Source: Dehalococcoidia bacterium
Lineage (GTDB): Bacteria; Chloroflexota; Dehalococcoidia; DSTF01; JACRBR01
Direction: 5' to 3'
DNA: 64,000 bases
Assembly: GCA_040902535.1 (NCBI GenBank)
Contig: JBBDXD010000022.1
Coordinates: 220,823 to 284,822, forward strand
Both the position numbers and the translations under genes were made by a program. The notes under the pieces were generated by a model. That model was not told the DNA's origin. It did no database searches and saw nothing but the letters and a program-made list of their open reading frames with translations. Below, one piece after another: positions 9,071-19,163 of this stretch. Position 1 is the stretch's first letter; every line of letters begins with the position of its first letter.

Positions 9071-10723
9071 CTAGACCTCCACCGCTACGGGCAGCACCAT
9101 CGGTCTGCGACGCGTCTCGTCGTACAGGAACTTCGCGACGGCATCCTTTACGGACGTATGCACGGCGCCCCATTCAACAATGTGGTCGGCGCCTTCGAGC
9201 GACTTCAACACCGTGTTGCGCGTGCGTTCGATGAGATCGTCGCTTTCGTCCATGTCGACGAAGCCGCGCGAGACGACTTCGGGGCGTCCGGCGACGCGGC
9301 CCGTCTGCTTGTCCATGGCGAGAATGACCACGACCATGCCGTCGGACGCGAGATGCTTACGGTCGCGCAGCACGACGTGGTCAATGTCGCCGACGCCGAG
9401 GCCATCGACGTACACGTAATCCGCTTCGATGCGAGCGCCGAAGTCAGCGCCTTGCGTGCCGATCTCTAGCACGTCGCCGTCGGTGAGGATGAAGGTCTCC
9501 GTGCCCTGGTTCATCGCTTCGGCGAGCTGCGCGTGCAGCACCATGTGCCGGTACTCGCCGTGCACCGGCACGAAGTACTTCGGGCGCACAAGCGAGTGCA
9601 CGATCTTCAGCTCTTCCTGCGCGGCGTGCCCGCGCACGTGCACATCGGCGATGCGGTTGTACAGCACCTTCGCGCCGAGCTTGAACAGGTTGTCGACGGT
9701 GCGGTGTACGAGCGCTTCGTTGCCCGGCACGGCCGACGCCGACAGGATGACGGTATCTCCTTCGACGATCTTGATGTGCTGGTGATCCTGGTTCGCCATG
9801 CGCGTCAGCGCCGATGTCGGTTCGCCCTGGCTGCCCGTTGTGACGATCGCGAGCTTATCGTGCGGGATGTTCGGCAACTCGCGCACCGAGACGAGCATGC
9901 CCTCCGGCGCCCGCAGATAGCCGCGCTCGATGGCCATGTTCACGTTGTCGATCATGCTGCGGCCGGTGATGAACACGCGCCGCCCCGTCGCCTCCGCGGC
10001 ATCGAATACTTGCTGCACGCGCGCGATCAGCGACGCGAACGTCGTCACGACGACGCGCCCTTGCGCCTTCGCCATGAGCTTGAAGATCGACTCGCCCACG
10101 ATCTGCTCGGACGGCGTATAGCCGGGCACTTCGGCGTACGTGGAGTCGCCGAGCAGCAGCGTCACGCCTTCCTCGCCGTACTGCGCCAGCCGCGAGAGGT
10201 CGGTGGCCTGCCCCATGACCGGCGTGTGGTCGAGTTTGAAGTCGCCGGTGTGGATGCAGATGCCGACAGGCGTGCGGATCGCGTATCCGACGGAGTCGGG
10301 AATGCTGTGCGCGACCTGGAACGGCTCGATCGTGAACGGCCCTTCCTCGACGACATCGCCGAGGTGCATCTCCCGCAGGTCCGTGCTGGCGAGCAGCCGC
10401 GCTTCCTTGAGCTTTACGGTGATCAGCCCGTGCGCGAGCGGCGTCGCGTAGACGGGCACGTTTATCTGCTTGAGGATGTACGGCAGGGCGCCGGTGTGGT
10501 CCTCGTGCCCGTGCGTGATGAAGATCGCGCGCAGATTCTTGCGGTTCTCGATGATGTAGCTGACATCAGGGATCACCAGGTCGACGCCGAGCATGTCCTC
10601 GGCCGGGAACATCAGCCCGCAGTCGATGGCGATGACGTCGTCGCCGTACTCGAAGAGCATCATGTTCTTGCCGATCTCTCCGAGTCCGCCGAGCGGAATG
10701 ATGCGCAGTTTGGTCTCTGTCAT
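9071..10723 (-). CDS. rnj: Ribonuclease J
   Basis: IIPLGGLGEIGKNM, THGHEDHTG, HTGDFK, GSQGEP and HVRGHA motifs. Start reassigned to ATG 10723. Confidence 0.96.
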   Translation of the reverse strand: MTETKLRIIPLGGLGEIGKNMMLFEYGDDVIAIDCGLMFPAEDMLGVDLVIPDVSYIIENRKNLRAIFITHGHEDHTGALPYILKQINVPVYATPLAHGLITVKLKEARLLASTDLREMHLGDVVEEGPFTIEPFQVAHSIPDSVGYAIRTPVGICIHTGDFKLDHTPVMGQATDLSRLAQYGEEGVTLLLGDSTYAEVPGYTPSEQIVGESIFKLMAKAQGRVVVTTFASLIARVQQVFDAAEATGRRVFITGRSMIDNVNMAIERGYLRAPEGMLVSVRELPNIPHDKLAIVTTGSQGEPTSALTRMANQDHQHIKIVEGDTVILSASAVPGNEALVHRTVDNLFKLGAKVLYNRIADVHVRGHAAQEELKIVHSLVRPKYFVPVHGEYRHMVLHAQLAEAMNQGTETFILTDGDVLEIGTQGADFGARIEADYVYVDGLGVGDIDHVVLRDRKHLASDGMVVVILAMDKQTGRVAGRPEVVSRGFVDMDESDDLIERTRNTVLKSLEGADHIVEWGAVHTSVKDAVAKFLYDETRRRPMVLPVAVEV

Positions 10724-10731
10724 GGCGTCCT

Positions 10732-11445
10732 TTACAGCAACCGCATCTGCTGCGGGTCCGGGTCCGATGTCGTCGCGGCGGCCTCGACTGGCGGCGCGGG
10801 TTGCGGCTGTGGAGCTTCGGCGCGCATGTGCGCCGGCACTGGCGTGGCCGCCGCCGTCGCCGCGACGCCGCCGTTGAGGGCGCGCGCGAGAAAGTCCGGC
10901 AGCTTCGCGAAGTCCGCCTCGATGACCCGGCGCAGGTTGCCCTGGTGGAGCGCGGCGGCCGGGTGGTACATCGGCACGACGATCTGGTCGCTCTTGCGCC
11001 GCGGCTGCCCGTGCACGCGGCTGATCGCCTCGCCCGGGAAATAGCGCTGCATCGAGTGACGGCCGAGCGTCACGATCACCTTCGGGTTGATGATGTCGAT
11101 CTGTTCCTGCAGATACTTGCCGCAGGCTTCGATCTCGTCCGGCTGCGGGTCGCGGTTTTCGGGCGGCCGGCACTTGACGACGTTCGTGATGAAGACCTTG
11201 CGCCGGTCGTAACCGATCGATGCGATCAGGCTGTCGAGAAACTTGCCGGAGGCGCCGACGAACGGGCGCCCCTGCTGATCTTCGTAGAAGCCGGGGCCTT
11301 CGCCGATGAACATGATGTCGGCGTCTGCGTTGCCTTCGCCGGGGACGGCGTTCGTGCGGCTCTTACAGAGCCCGCAGTCGCGACATGCGGCGACGCTCTT
11401 CGCCACCTTTGCGAGCGCCCGGCGCTTGTCGTCTGCTGCGTCCAT
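10732..11445 (-). CDS. Uracil-DNA glycosylase family 4 (4Fe-4S)
   Basis: CRDCGLC, GEGPG..ED.QGRPFVG, NVVKCRPP.NRDP and MYHPAA motifs. Start ATG 11445. Confidence 0.93.
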   Translation of the reverse strand: MDAADDKRRALAKVAKSVAACRDCGLCKSRTNAVPGEGNADADIMFIGEGPGFYEDQQGRPFVGASGKFLDSLIASIGYDRRKVFITNVVKCRPPENRDPQPDEIEACGKYLQEQIDIINPKVIVTLGRHSMQRYFPGEAISRVHGQPRRKSDQIVVPMYHPAAALHQGNLRRVIEADFAKLPDFLARALNGGVAATAAATPVPAHMRAEAPQPQPAPPVEAAATTSDPDPQQMRLL

Positions 11446-11447
11446 GC

Positions 11448-12284
11448 TCAGACTCTCTCGACTTCCAACTCCGCCCGATCGTGGCGGCGGAGCGCTCGCA
11501 GCGTTGCATACACGATCTGACAGCCCAGGAAGAGCGCTATCAGACCGTAGACACGCTTCAACACCTCGGTGTCGAGCCGGTTCGCCACGAACGACGCTCC
11601 GATCGCCGCGAGCACCGCGGCCGGCACGACCCACGTCACCGCATTCTTGTCGATGGTGTCCTGCCGCAGGTTGGTGAGCGTCCCGATCGCCCCCGCGGCG
11701 ACGATCACCACGAGCGAGACGCCCTGTGCGACCTTCTGCGGGTCCTCGCCGCCGTCGACGTGCGCGAGGCCGACGATCACGATCGCTGGAACGAAGATCG
11801 CGCCTCCGCCCACGCCCAGCACGCCGGCGAGCACGCCGCCTGCGAAGCCGAACACCACCTCGATCAGCAGACCCTCGAGGCCCGAGCCAGGAGCGCCGGC
11901 TGATACTTCCCAGACCAACTGGCGGAACGCGACGAAGAAGAGAAACACCCCGAAGGCCAGCCGCAGCTGCAGGGCAGGCACTCTCACCATCGCCTTCGCG
12001 CCCGCGATCACACCGAGCACAGCGCCCGGGGCAAGGGCGAACACGAGTTGCCAGTCCACGTTCCCCGCCTGCCAGTACGCGAACGTGCCGGCGACAGCGA
12101 TGAACATGATGATGGCGAGGGACGTGCCGTGGGCGCGATGCTGGTTCAGCCCGAGCTGTCCAGTCAGGAGGGGCACCATGACAGCGCCGCCGCCTACACC
12201 CGAGAGACCGCTGAATGCGCCGCCCGCGAGTCCCGTCAGGGTGGAGCGTGTGCTTCGCGATCCCAGTGTCGTTCCCCTCGCCAC
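11448..12284 (-). CDS. TauE/SafE sulfite exporter family membrane protein
   Basis: Duplicated GLSGVGGG / GVLGVGGGAIFVP motifs and A.GTSL. Confidence 0.88.
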   Translation of the reverse strand: MARGTTLGSRSTRSTLTGLAGGAFSGLSGVGGGAVMVPLLTGQLGLNQHRAHGTSLAIIMFIAVAGTFAYWQAGNVDWQLVFALAPGAVLGVIAGAKAMVRVPALQLRLAFGVFLFFVAFRQLVWEVSAGAPGSGLEGLLIEVVFGFAGGVLAGVLGVGGGAIFVPAIVIVGLAHVDGGEDPQKVAQGVSLVVIVAAGAIGTLTNLRQDTIDKNAVTWVVPAAVLAAIGASFVANRLDTEVLKRVYGLIALFLGCQIVYATLRALRRHDRAELEVERV

Positions 12285-12338
12285 CGTTACGCGATCATAT
12301 CACAGGGGGCGGGCGGGTCGATACCGAAAGTGAAGAAG

Positions 12339-12356
12339 ATCGATCAGGTGATCGAT
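12339..12356. promoter_or_regulatory. Perfect palindrome ATCGATCA-GG-TGATCGAT, candidate operator
   Basis: 8-bp perfect arms in a lower-GC divergent intergenic region. Confidence 0.4.
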
Positions 12357-12419
12357 TAACTAGCAACTAGACATAAGACGTGCTCGATGGGAGGCAAGAG
12401 CTTCACAGGGAGTACGATC

Positions 12420-12456
<37 letters not shown>

Positions 12457-12473
12457 CTTACGGGAGGCTGGAG

Positions 12474-13156
12474 TGAGTGCTCCCATGTTTGAAGCGATCG
12501 CCAATGGTGACATCGAAGCCGTCAGGCGGCTCGTCGATGCAGATCATACTGTGGCGCGCGCACACAATGAGCAGGGCGTATCGGCGATCATGTTCGCGCT
12601 CTATCGCTGGCAGCACGACATCGTGGAAGTGCTGCGGCCCCACGCCGCGCCGCTCGACGCGTTCGAGGCGGCTGCGGCCGGCGATGCGGCGCGGCTGCGC
12701 GAGCTGCTCGCCGCCGATCCGGCCATTGCCAAAGCGTACGCGGCGGACGGCTTCACCGCGCTGCACCTCGCGGCGTTTTTCTCGCGCCAAGACGCCGCCC
12801 GGGCGCTGGTCGATTGCGGCGCCGATGTGTTGGCGGTGACGCGCAACGACATGGCGAACCAACCGCTGCACGCCGCGGCGGCCGGCGGTTCCGTCGCCAT
12901 CTGCGAGTTGCTGGTGAAGCGGGGCGCGGACGTGAACGCGAAGCAGCACGGCGGCTATACGCCGCTGCACGAGGCAGCGCATCGCGCGGACGTGGCGATG
13001 ATCGACCTCGTCCTGGCGGCCGGGGCCGACCGCAGCATCACGACCGACGACGGCAAGACGGCGCGCGATATGGCGCTGGAGGGGAGGTCGGCGAAGAGGC
13101 AGCGGCGGCGAAGCTGGCAGGGTGACCCGCAGCGATCGGAGCGCTCCCGGCCCTGA
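12474..13156 (+). CDS. Ankyrin repeat protein
   Basis: GFTALHLAA, QPLHAAAA and GYTPLHEAA repeats. Start GTG ~12474 or ATG 12486. C-terminus possibly frameshifted near 13080. Confidence 0.9.
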
Positions 13157-13221
13157 CGCCCGCCTCAAGCGTAGGGCTGCCGTCAGGCTGTGGTCCGGCG
13201 GCGGCGCCCATACTGTCCGCT

Positions 13222-14394
13222 ATGCGATGGTACGTCTGCTGGATTGTCTTGCTGTGCGCGGTCGGCCTGACGGGCTGCGATGATGACGGTGCTTCGGGAT
13301 CGCCCGAACCATCTCTCGCCGCAACCACGCCGACGCCGGACGTCGCGACCATCCGGGCGGCAGGAGCGGCGGCGCGCGATGCCGGCGGCGGCACGAGCGT
13401 CATGCTCTTCTCGATCGGCGATGCATCGGCGCGCCGCCTCGATGACGTGCCAGGCGTCGCGTTCGCGGAATGGTTCGACGGTGGCACCAAATTCGTCGGA
13501 TATGACTGGAACGAGAACGCGTACAAGATCATCGACCTCGACGGCACGACCGTCGCGACGTTCGGCCAGGAGGCGGCGGGGAACCGGCGGAACAGCTTCA
13601 TCACGGCGGCGAACGACGGGACGAGCGTGCTGCTGCACCGCGAAGACAGCGGCGCTGATGTCTTGCTCAGCGTCATGTCGGGCGAGGAGCGCGCGTTCGC
13701 GCCCGGCTCCCCGGCCGCTACGAATGGCGGATTCGAATTCTCGCCCAACGGCTCGCAGGTCGCGTTCAACCGGGTCGTGGACGATCGCGCGAGCGTCTAC
13801 CTGGCCGACAGCGCCGGCGAAAACGCGCGACCGCTCCTCTCGGCCCAGTATGCGAGCGTCGGCATCGCTGGTGGTCACGCGTGGTCGCCCGACGGCCGCC
13901 TGCTCCTGGTAGAGGAGCGGCACGTGGTCGATGCGTGCCTGTCCTGCTGGTCAAACGTCGTTATAGACCTCGAAGGCAACGCCGTCTGGACCATGCCGGG
14001 TCTGAGTGATGACGCGGTGCTCATCGATGTCCGGTGGGCGGGCGCCGGGCGGCTGCTCGTCACGAAGAACCAGATCGTCGATGACGGCAGCATCGTGGCG
14101 GAGTCTGTAACGCTCGTCGACCTAGCGTCGGGCGGCGAGCGCGAGGTGGATCCTGGCATCGCGCAACGATTTCTTTCGCTCTCGCCCGACGGCGATCACG
14201 CGATCACGCGGCTCGGCGACGGCGCACGTTGGGAAGAGTACTGTGCACTCGTGGCGATCGACTGGGACTCTGGCGAACTGACCGAGATCGCAAGCATCGA
14301 GCCGGCGGTGGCTGATTTCGAGACGGTCTTCTGTACGACCGTCGACTGGTCGTCCGACGGCACGAAGGCGATCGTGTCCGCGAGCGGAATCTGA
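13222..14394 (+). CDS. TolB-like/PD40 beta-propeller lipoprotein
   Basis: Lipobox LTGC, repeated FSPNG / WSPDG / LSPDG / WSSDG blades. Confidence 0.75.
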   Translation: MRWYVCWIVLLCAVGLTGCDDDGASGSPEPSLAATTPTPDVATIRAAGAAARDAGGGTSVMLFSIGDASARRLDDVPGVAFAEWFDGGTKFVGYDWNENAYKIIDLDGTTVATFGQEAAGNRRNSFITAANDGTSVLLHREDSGADVLLSVMSGEERAFAPGSPAATNGGFEFSPNGSQVAFNRVVDDRASVYLADSAGENARPLLSAQYASVGIAGGHAWSPDGRLLLVEERHVVDACLSCWSNVVIDLEGNAVWTMPGLSDDAVLIDVRWAGAGRLLVTKNQIVDDGSIVAESVTLVDLASGGEREVDPGIAQRFLSLSPDGDHAITRLGDGARWEEYCALVAIDWDSGELTEIASIEPAVADFETVFCTTVDWSSDGTKAIVSASGI

Positions 14395-14428
14395 CGGCAC
14401 GGCCTTGAACCGTGCGCGCGCGGCGACT

Positions 14429-15217
14429 TTACATCCGCCGCGAGCCGATGAAGGTGTTGCCTTCGACGAGTTTCGCCATGAGGGTGCCGGCTCCGTAGAG
14501 GACGACAATCGGCAGGGCGACAATCGTCTGCGTGATCGGGTCGATCGAAGGCGTGACGATGGCCGCCGCGACGACGGCGAGCAGGACGGCGTAGCGCCAG
14601 AAGCCAATGAGCTGCTTCGAGTTCACGACGCCGATCTTCGCGAGCGCCATGATGACGAACGGCAACTGAAACACGAGGCCCGTGATCAGCAACAGCCTGG
14701 TGACCGTGTCGATGTACGCCTTGATGCCGATCGTCGGCTCGACGTCGTCGGTAGCGGGGTTGAGCAGGAAGTCGAGCGCGGGGGGCAGCTCGACATAATA
14801 GGCGAACGCCATGCCGATGATGAACATCACCGAAGCGCCTGCGACGAGCGGGTACAGCCAGCGCTTCTCGTGCTTCGTCATTGCCGGCGAAACGAAGGCC
14901 AACAGCTGGTACATGATCATCGGCATCGCAATGGCGAGGCCAAGCAAGAGTGAGACGCGGAAGTACGTGCTCCAGTAATCAAGCAACTGGAACTGGTGCA
15001 GCTTGAAGTCCTCGACTTCGTCCTTGCCGGGCTGCATGAGGAACTCGATCGCGTAGCCGGTCAGCGGCCAGACGGACACGCCGATGCCAAGCACGAGCGC
15101 ACCCGCCGCCCACATGACGCGATTGCGCAATTCCTCCAGGTGCTCGATGACGCTGAGCACCTTCTCCGGGTTCTCGTTGCGGCCGCGGCCCTGGATCGGA
15201 GGAGCCTGGGTGGTCAA
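14429..15217 (-). CDS. tatC: Twin-arginine translocase subunit TatC
   Basis: HLEELRNR, YQLLAFVSPAM.K.EK, FQLP and A.IVTPSIDP motifs. Confidence 0.96.
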   Translation of the reverse strand: MTTQAPPIQGRGRNENPEKVLSVIEHLEELRNRVMWAAGALVLGIGVSVWPLTGYAIEFLMQPGKDEVEDFKLHQFQLLDYWSTYFRVSLLLGLAIAMPMIMYQLLAFVSPAMTKHEKRWLYPLVAGASVMFIIGMAFAYYVELPPALDFLLNPATDDVEPTIGIKAYIDTVTRLLLITGLVFQLPFVIMALAKIGVVNSKQLIGFWRYAVLLAVVAAAIVTPSIDPITQTIVALPIVVLYGAGTLMAKLVEGNTFIGSRRM

Positions 15218-15606
15218 GGGCGATCCTCGGTGGCGGGCGCCGGCTCGGGAGCGGCGCGGTTCTGCGGAGCCTGCGCGCTGGCGCCGTTCGCCGACGACTC
15301 GGCGGGCTTCGGAGCGCCGGCGGCGTCAGCCTGCACGCCCTGCGCGACCTCGTCGGCGGCCCGGGTCGCATCGCCGAGGCCCTGGCCGATCTCCTTCCAC
15401 TGCGTGCGCTCTGGCTCGGTGTCCTTCTCGAAGTCCTTGATCGCCTCGTTGAACTCGGCCGCAATGCCGCCTGTGTACCGGCGAATCTCCCGGATCATGC
15501 GGGCGAGGTCAGCCGCCAGCTTCGGCAGCCGCTGCGGACCGACAAAGATGAGCGCGACGACCAGGATGACGATCAGTTCCTGGGGTCCGATACCGACGAA
15601 ATTCAT
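15214..15606 (-). CDS. tatB: Twin-arginine translocase TatB (TatA/B family)
   Basis: GIGPQELIVILVVALIFVGPQRLP followed by an amphipathic helix. Adjacent to tatC. Confidence 0.85.
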   Translation of the reverse strand: MNFVGIGPQELIVILVVALIFVGPQRLPKLAADLARMIREIRRYTGGIAAEFNEAIKDFEKDTEPERTQWKEIGQGLGDATRAADEVAQGVQADAAGAPKPAESSANGASAQAPQNRAAPEPAPATEDRP

Positions 15607-15668
15607 CGCATTGAATTGTACGCGTCATGCGGAGGGGAACCCAATCGCGCCGCCGCGGGTACGAGAAA

Positions 15669-15691
15669 GCCGCCCTCGCAGCGAAGGCGGC
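15669..15691 (-). terminator. GC hairpin downstream of acpP
   Basis: GCCGCC/GGCGGC stem with a short U tract on the minus strand. Confidence 0.4.
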
Positions 15692-15713
15692 CCTTGCTCT
15701 TCGAAGCGCCGGT

Positions 15714-15974
15714 TTACTCGTCCTCGAGCCCCAGGTCCTTCAAGTAGTCGACCGCATCCTGGACGGTGGCGATCTTCTCGGCGTCCTCGTCGGAGATTTC
15801 GAGCGTCTTGCCGTCCTTGCTGAACTCTTCCTCCATGGACATGATCAGCTCGACGAGGTCGAGGGAGTCCGCATTGAGGTCGTCCACGAAGGAGGCACTG
15901 GGCACCACTTGATCCTCATCGACGCCGAGCTGGTCGACGATGATCTTGCGCACACGTTCAAACACCGTTGCCAC
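15714..15974 (-). CDS. acpP: Acyl carrier protein
   Basis: [14 protein letters not shown] phosphopantetheine motif. Confidence 0.97.
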   Translation of the reverse strand: MATVFERVRKIIVDQLGVDEDQVVPSASFVDDLNADSLDLVELIMSMEEEFSKDGKTLEISDEDAEKIATVQDAVDYLKDLGLEDE

Positions 15975-16017
15975 TGTTCATCTCCCTCTTCTCCGCAGCA
16001 GCGGGCGTGTCTTCGCG

Positions 16018-16428
16018 TTAGCTGGCGAGTGACAGGCTGACTGACCCCAGGACCCCGTTGACGAACTTCGCCGAGCTGTCGCTTCCGAAGCTCTTGGCAA
16101 GTTCGACGGCCTCATTGATGGCCGCCCGAATGGGCGCCCCATTATTCATGAGGATCTCTCGTATCGCAAGACGCAGGATGTTCCGGTCAACGGCACTCAA
16201 CTGCTCGACGGGCCACTGCGGCGCCGCCTGCCGGATCACGTCATCGAGGCTTGCGCAGTGCTCGATCACGCCTTCGACCAACTCGCGCGCGAACGCCGCC
16301 TGCTGCTCGCTCAGGCTTTCCTCAACGGTCAGCCGTTCGAGTGTCAGAAGCGGGTCGTGGTGCGACACGTCGGATTCGTAGAGCGCCTGGAGCGCCGCGA
16401 TGCGTGCCTTGCGACGAGGATTGTGCAT
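16018..16428 (-). CDS. nusB: Transcription antitermination factor NusB
   Basis: RRKARIAALQALY, DRNILRLA and AINEAVELAK motifs. Confidence 0.96.
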   Translation of the reverse strand: MHNPRRKARIAALQALYESDVSHHDPLLTLERLTVEESLSEQQAAFARELVEGVIEHCASLDDVIRQAAPQWPVEQLSAVDRNILRLAIREILMNNGAPIRAAINEAVELAKSFGSDSSAKFVNGVLGSVSLSLAS

Positions 16429-16429
16429 G

Positions 16430-17182
16430 TCAGTACATCACCAGTCCGCCATCGACGGTCAGCACGTGGCCCGTGACGTATGCTGCTTCTTCTGAAGCGA
16501 GGAAGACTGCCGCCGGCGCGACATCGGCAGGCGTGCCGGTGCGCCCTACGGCCACCATCCGCGTGATCTCTTCGCGCTGCGCATCTGTCAGGTTCGCGGT
16601 CATCTCCGTATCGATGAATCCCGGCGCTATAACGTTCGCCGTAATGTTCCGGGAAGCGACCTCCTTGGCGATCGCTTTCGTCAGTCCAATCATACCTGCC
16701 TTGGCGGCGGAGTAGTTCGCCTGCCCAGCGTTTCCGACGATTCCCGCAACGCTGCTGATGGAGATGATGCGTCCCCACCGCTGACGCACCATGGGCCGCA
16801 ACGCCGCCTTCGTGAGCGCGAAGGCACCCTTGAGATTCGTGTCGATTACGCGGTCCCACGCGTCCTCCGACATCCGGAGGATCAGGTCGTCAGCCGTCAC
16901 GCCGGCGTTGTTGACCAGGATGTCGATGCGGCCGAACGCCGCGACGGTGCCTTCGATGAGCCGGGCCGCCGTCGCCGAGTCGGAGACGTCGCCGGCGAGC
17001 GTGATGGCGCGGCCCTCGCCGATCTCGCGGGCTGTCTCCTCGGCCGCCGCGGTGTTCAACGCGTAGTTGATCGCCACGTTCGCGCCGTGCGCTGCCAGCG
17101 CCAGCGAGACGGCCCGCCCGATGCCACGTGAGCCGCCCGTCACGAGCGCGGTCTTTCCGGTCAGGTCAAACAGTCTGTTCAT
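16430..17182 (-). CDS. fabG: 3-oxoacyl-ACP reductase
   Basis: TGGSRGIG, NNAG and YSAAK motifs. ATG 17182 overlaps the fabD stop. Confidence 0.94.
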   Translation of the reverse strand: MNRLFDLTGKTALVTGGSRGIGRAVSLALAAHGANVAINYALNTAAAEETAREIGEGRAITLAGDVSDSATAARLIEGTVAAFGRIDILVNNAGVTADDLILRMSEDAWDRVIDTNLKGAFALTKAALRPMVRQRWGRIISISSVAGIVGNAGQANYSAAKAGMIGLTKAIAKEVASRNITANVIAPGFIDTEMTANLTDAQREEITRMVAVGRTGTPADVAPAAVFLASEEAAYVTGHVLTVDGGLVMY

Positions 17183-18087
17183 GCGACCAGCGATGCTGCT
17201 CCGTTCACGTTGCGCGTCTCGACCCCGGGCGCGATGCGCTTGATGAGCCCCGTCAGCACGCGACCGGCTCCGATCTCGATGAATGCCGTCACGCCCTCCG
17301 CTGCCATGTACTCGACGCACTGGATCCAGCGCACCGGGTGCGTGAGCTGGAACACCAACTCATCGCCGATGGCCTCCGCGCTCGTCATGGCGTCGGCGGT
17401 CGCGTTCGCGACGAAGGGCACGCGCGCCTCGCGCAGACCGGCGCCAAGTACGGCTTGCCGCATCGGTTCGACGGCCGGTTGCATCAACGAGGTATGGAAG
17501 GCGCCGCCGACATCGAGCGGGATCGAGCGTTTGGCGCCCCGCGCGATCGCCAGGTCGCACGCCTTCGCAACGGCGTCCTTGAGCCCGCCGATGACGATCT
17601 GGCCGGGAGCGTTGATGTTGCAAAGCTCCGCGCCCGCCGTCGTGCAGACGTCGCGCGCGGCGTCTTCGTCGAGTCCGAGGATCGCCGCCATGCCGCCGGG
17701 CGTCGCATCGGCCGCGGCCTGCGTCACCTTGCCACGCGTCTCGACGAGTCGCAGTCCCGCGTCGAAGTCGAGCGCGCCCGCCGCGCAAAGCGCGCTGTAC
17801 TCGCCCAGACTATGCCCCGAAACGAAGGCAGGGTCTTCGGTGAGGAGGCCCTCCGCGCGCGCGACCGCGAGGAGCGCCATGCTGGTCAGGTAGATGGCCG
17901 GCTGTGCGTTGAACGTCTTCCCCAGCTCGTCATCCGGACCTTCGAAGCAGAGCCGCGAGATCGGGCGCTCGAGGACGTCGTCGGCGTGGTCGTACAGTTG
18001 GCGCGCGACGGGAAACTGTTCGTATAGGTCGCGCCCCATACCCGCCTCCTGGGAGCCCTGGCCCGGAAAGACCCATGCCTCAGACAT
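17179..18087 (-). CDS. fabD: ACP S-malonyltransferase
   Basis: FPGQGSQ, GHSLGEY and GAFHT motifs. Confidence 0.96.
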   Translation of the reverse strand: MSEAWVFPGQGSQEAGMGRDLYEQFPVARQLYDHADDVLERPISRLCFEGPDDELGKTFNAQPAIYLTSMALLAVARAEGLLTEDPAFVSGHSLGEYSALCAAGALDFDAGLRLVETRGKVTQAAADATPGGMAAILGLDEDAARDVCTTAGAELCNINAPGQIVIGGLKDAVAKACDLAIARGAKRSIPLDVGGAFHTSLMQPAVEPMRQAVLGAGLREARVPFVANATADAMTSAEAIGDELVFQLTHPVRWIQCVEYMAAEGVTAFIEIGAGRVLTGLIKRIAPGVETRNVNGAASLVA

Positions 18088-18132
18088 GGGCCGCTCGGAT
18101 GACGGGCGCAGGATCGGGCGTGGTTGGCAAGC

Positions 18133-18330
18133 TTACTCGGATTCCTTGGCCGCGCCGATCTCGACGGCGTTCGCGCGCTTGTAAAAGCCGCACGTCGGGC
18201 AGGCGGTGTGGGGCAGCCGGGCGGACCGGCACTGGGGGCAGCGCGTGAGGCCGGCCGGCTTCAGCGCCAGGTGGCTGCGGCGCTTGCCCTGGCGGGCTTT
18301 CGGGTATTTACGCTTTGGCAGTGGTGGCAA
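18133..18330 (-). CDS. rpmF: 50S ribosomal protein L32
   Basis: PKRK...RRSH, CPQC...H..C..CGFY. Confidence 0.96.
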   Translation of the reverse strand: MPPLPKRKYPKARQGKRRSHLALKPAGLTRCPQCRSARLPHTACPTCGFYKRANAVEIGAAKESE

Positions 18331-18448
18331 GAGACAGTCCTCTTCCTTCGTTCGAATCAGCGCGCAGTCTAGCAGGTCTGGTCGTTAGACGGCGTCGCCA
18401 TCGAAGGTGCAACGCCGGCGTCCCCCCTCAGCGCGAGCGGGGCGCCGC

Positions 18449-18961
18449 TCAGCCCAGCTTGAGGTCCTTCAGGGCCGCCCAACGGTCGTCGATTTGCTCG
18501 CGGGTACACCTGTGTTCGGACCCCGCGATCTCCTCGCCGCAGACCGGGCAGAGGCCGCGGCACGCATCCTCGCACAACGGCGCGATCGGCACAGACATCG
18601 CCCAGTACTGCGCGATCGGCTCGGCGAGATCGAGCATGTGGTGCGCATCGATGCGGTACGCATCCTCTACGCCCTCCGGCGCGTCGACGCGGCCGCCGCC
18701 ATCGACGTCGATCGTCGGGATGTACTCCTCTTCGAATCCGATGTTGACGGGATACCGCACGTCTTTCAGACAGCGGCTGCACTGCGCTGTTTGTTCGCCG
18801 GAGATCTGCGCGCGTACGAAAATGCCATCCGGCGTGCGGTCGAAGCGCGCGCGGCCGCTGACACGGTGACGCTCGCCTTCGACCACGACGTCGTCATCGA
18901 TGACGTATTCGCGCATCGCGCCGGTATGCTCTTTGAGCATGGAGGCGACATTAAATTGCAT
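18449..18961 (-). CDS. yceD: YceD/DUF177 family protein
   Basis: CSRCL and LCEDACRGLCPVCG...DDRWAAL. Directly upstream of rpmF. Confidence 0.92.
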   Translation of the reverse strand: MQFNVASMLKEHTGAMREYVIDDDVVVEGERHRVSGRARFDRTPDGIFVRAQISGEQTAQCSRCLKDVRYPVNIGFEEEYIPTIDVDGGGRVDAPEGVEDAYRIDAHHMLDLAEPIAQYWAMSVPIAPLCEDACRGLCPVCGEEIAGSEHRCTREQIDDRWAALKDLKLG

Positions 18962-19030
18962 CTGCGGGCCTCCTCAGGGGGTAGCTACAGCGTACCGAGC
19001 GGCCGACAAAGGCCGCAATTCTGCGGGCTA

Positions 19031-19061
19031 TTGCCCGCAAGGCGCGCCGGCGGGCTATAAT
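19031..19061 (+). promoter_or_regulatory. Candidate sigma-70 promoter
   Basis: Perfect TATAAT at 19056-19061, TTGCCC 19 nt upstream (long spacer). Confidence 0.5.
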
Positions 19062-19163
19062 CGCTGTCAACGTCCGCGGGATTCTGACAACAAAACTGCA
19101 ACTTCCTCGACTGCCGCTGACGGCCGCGTTTCGCGCCGCTCTCACGTGTTCGGGAAGGCAAGG

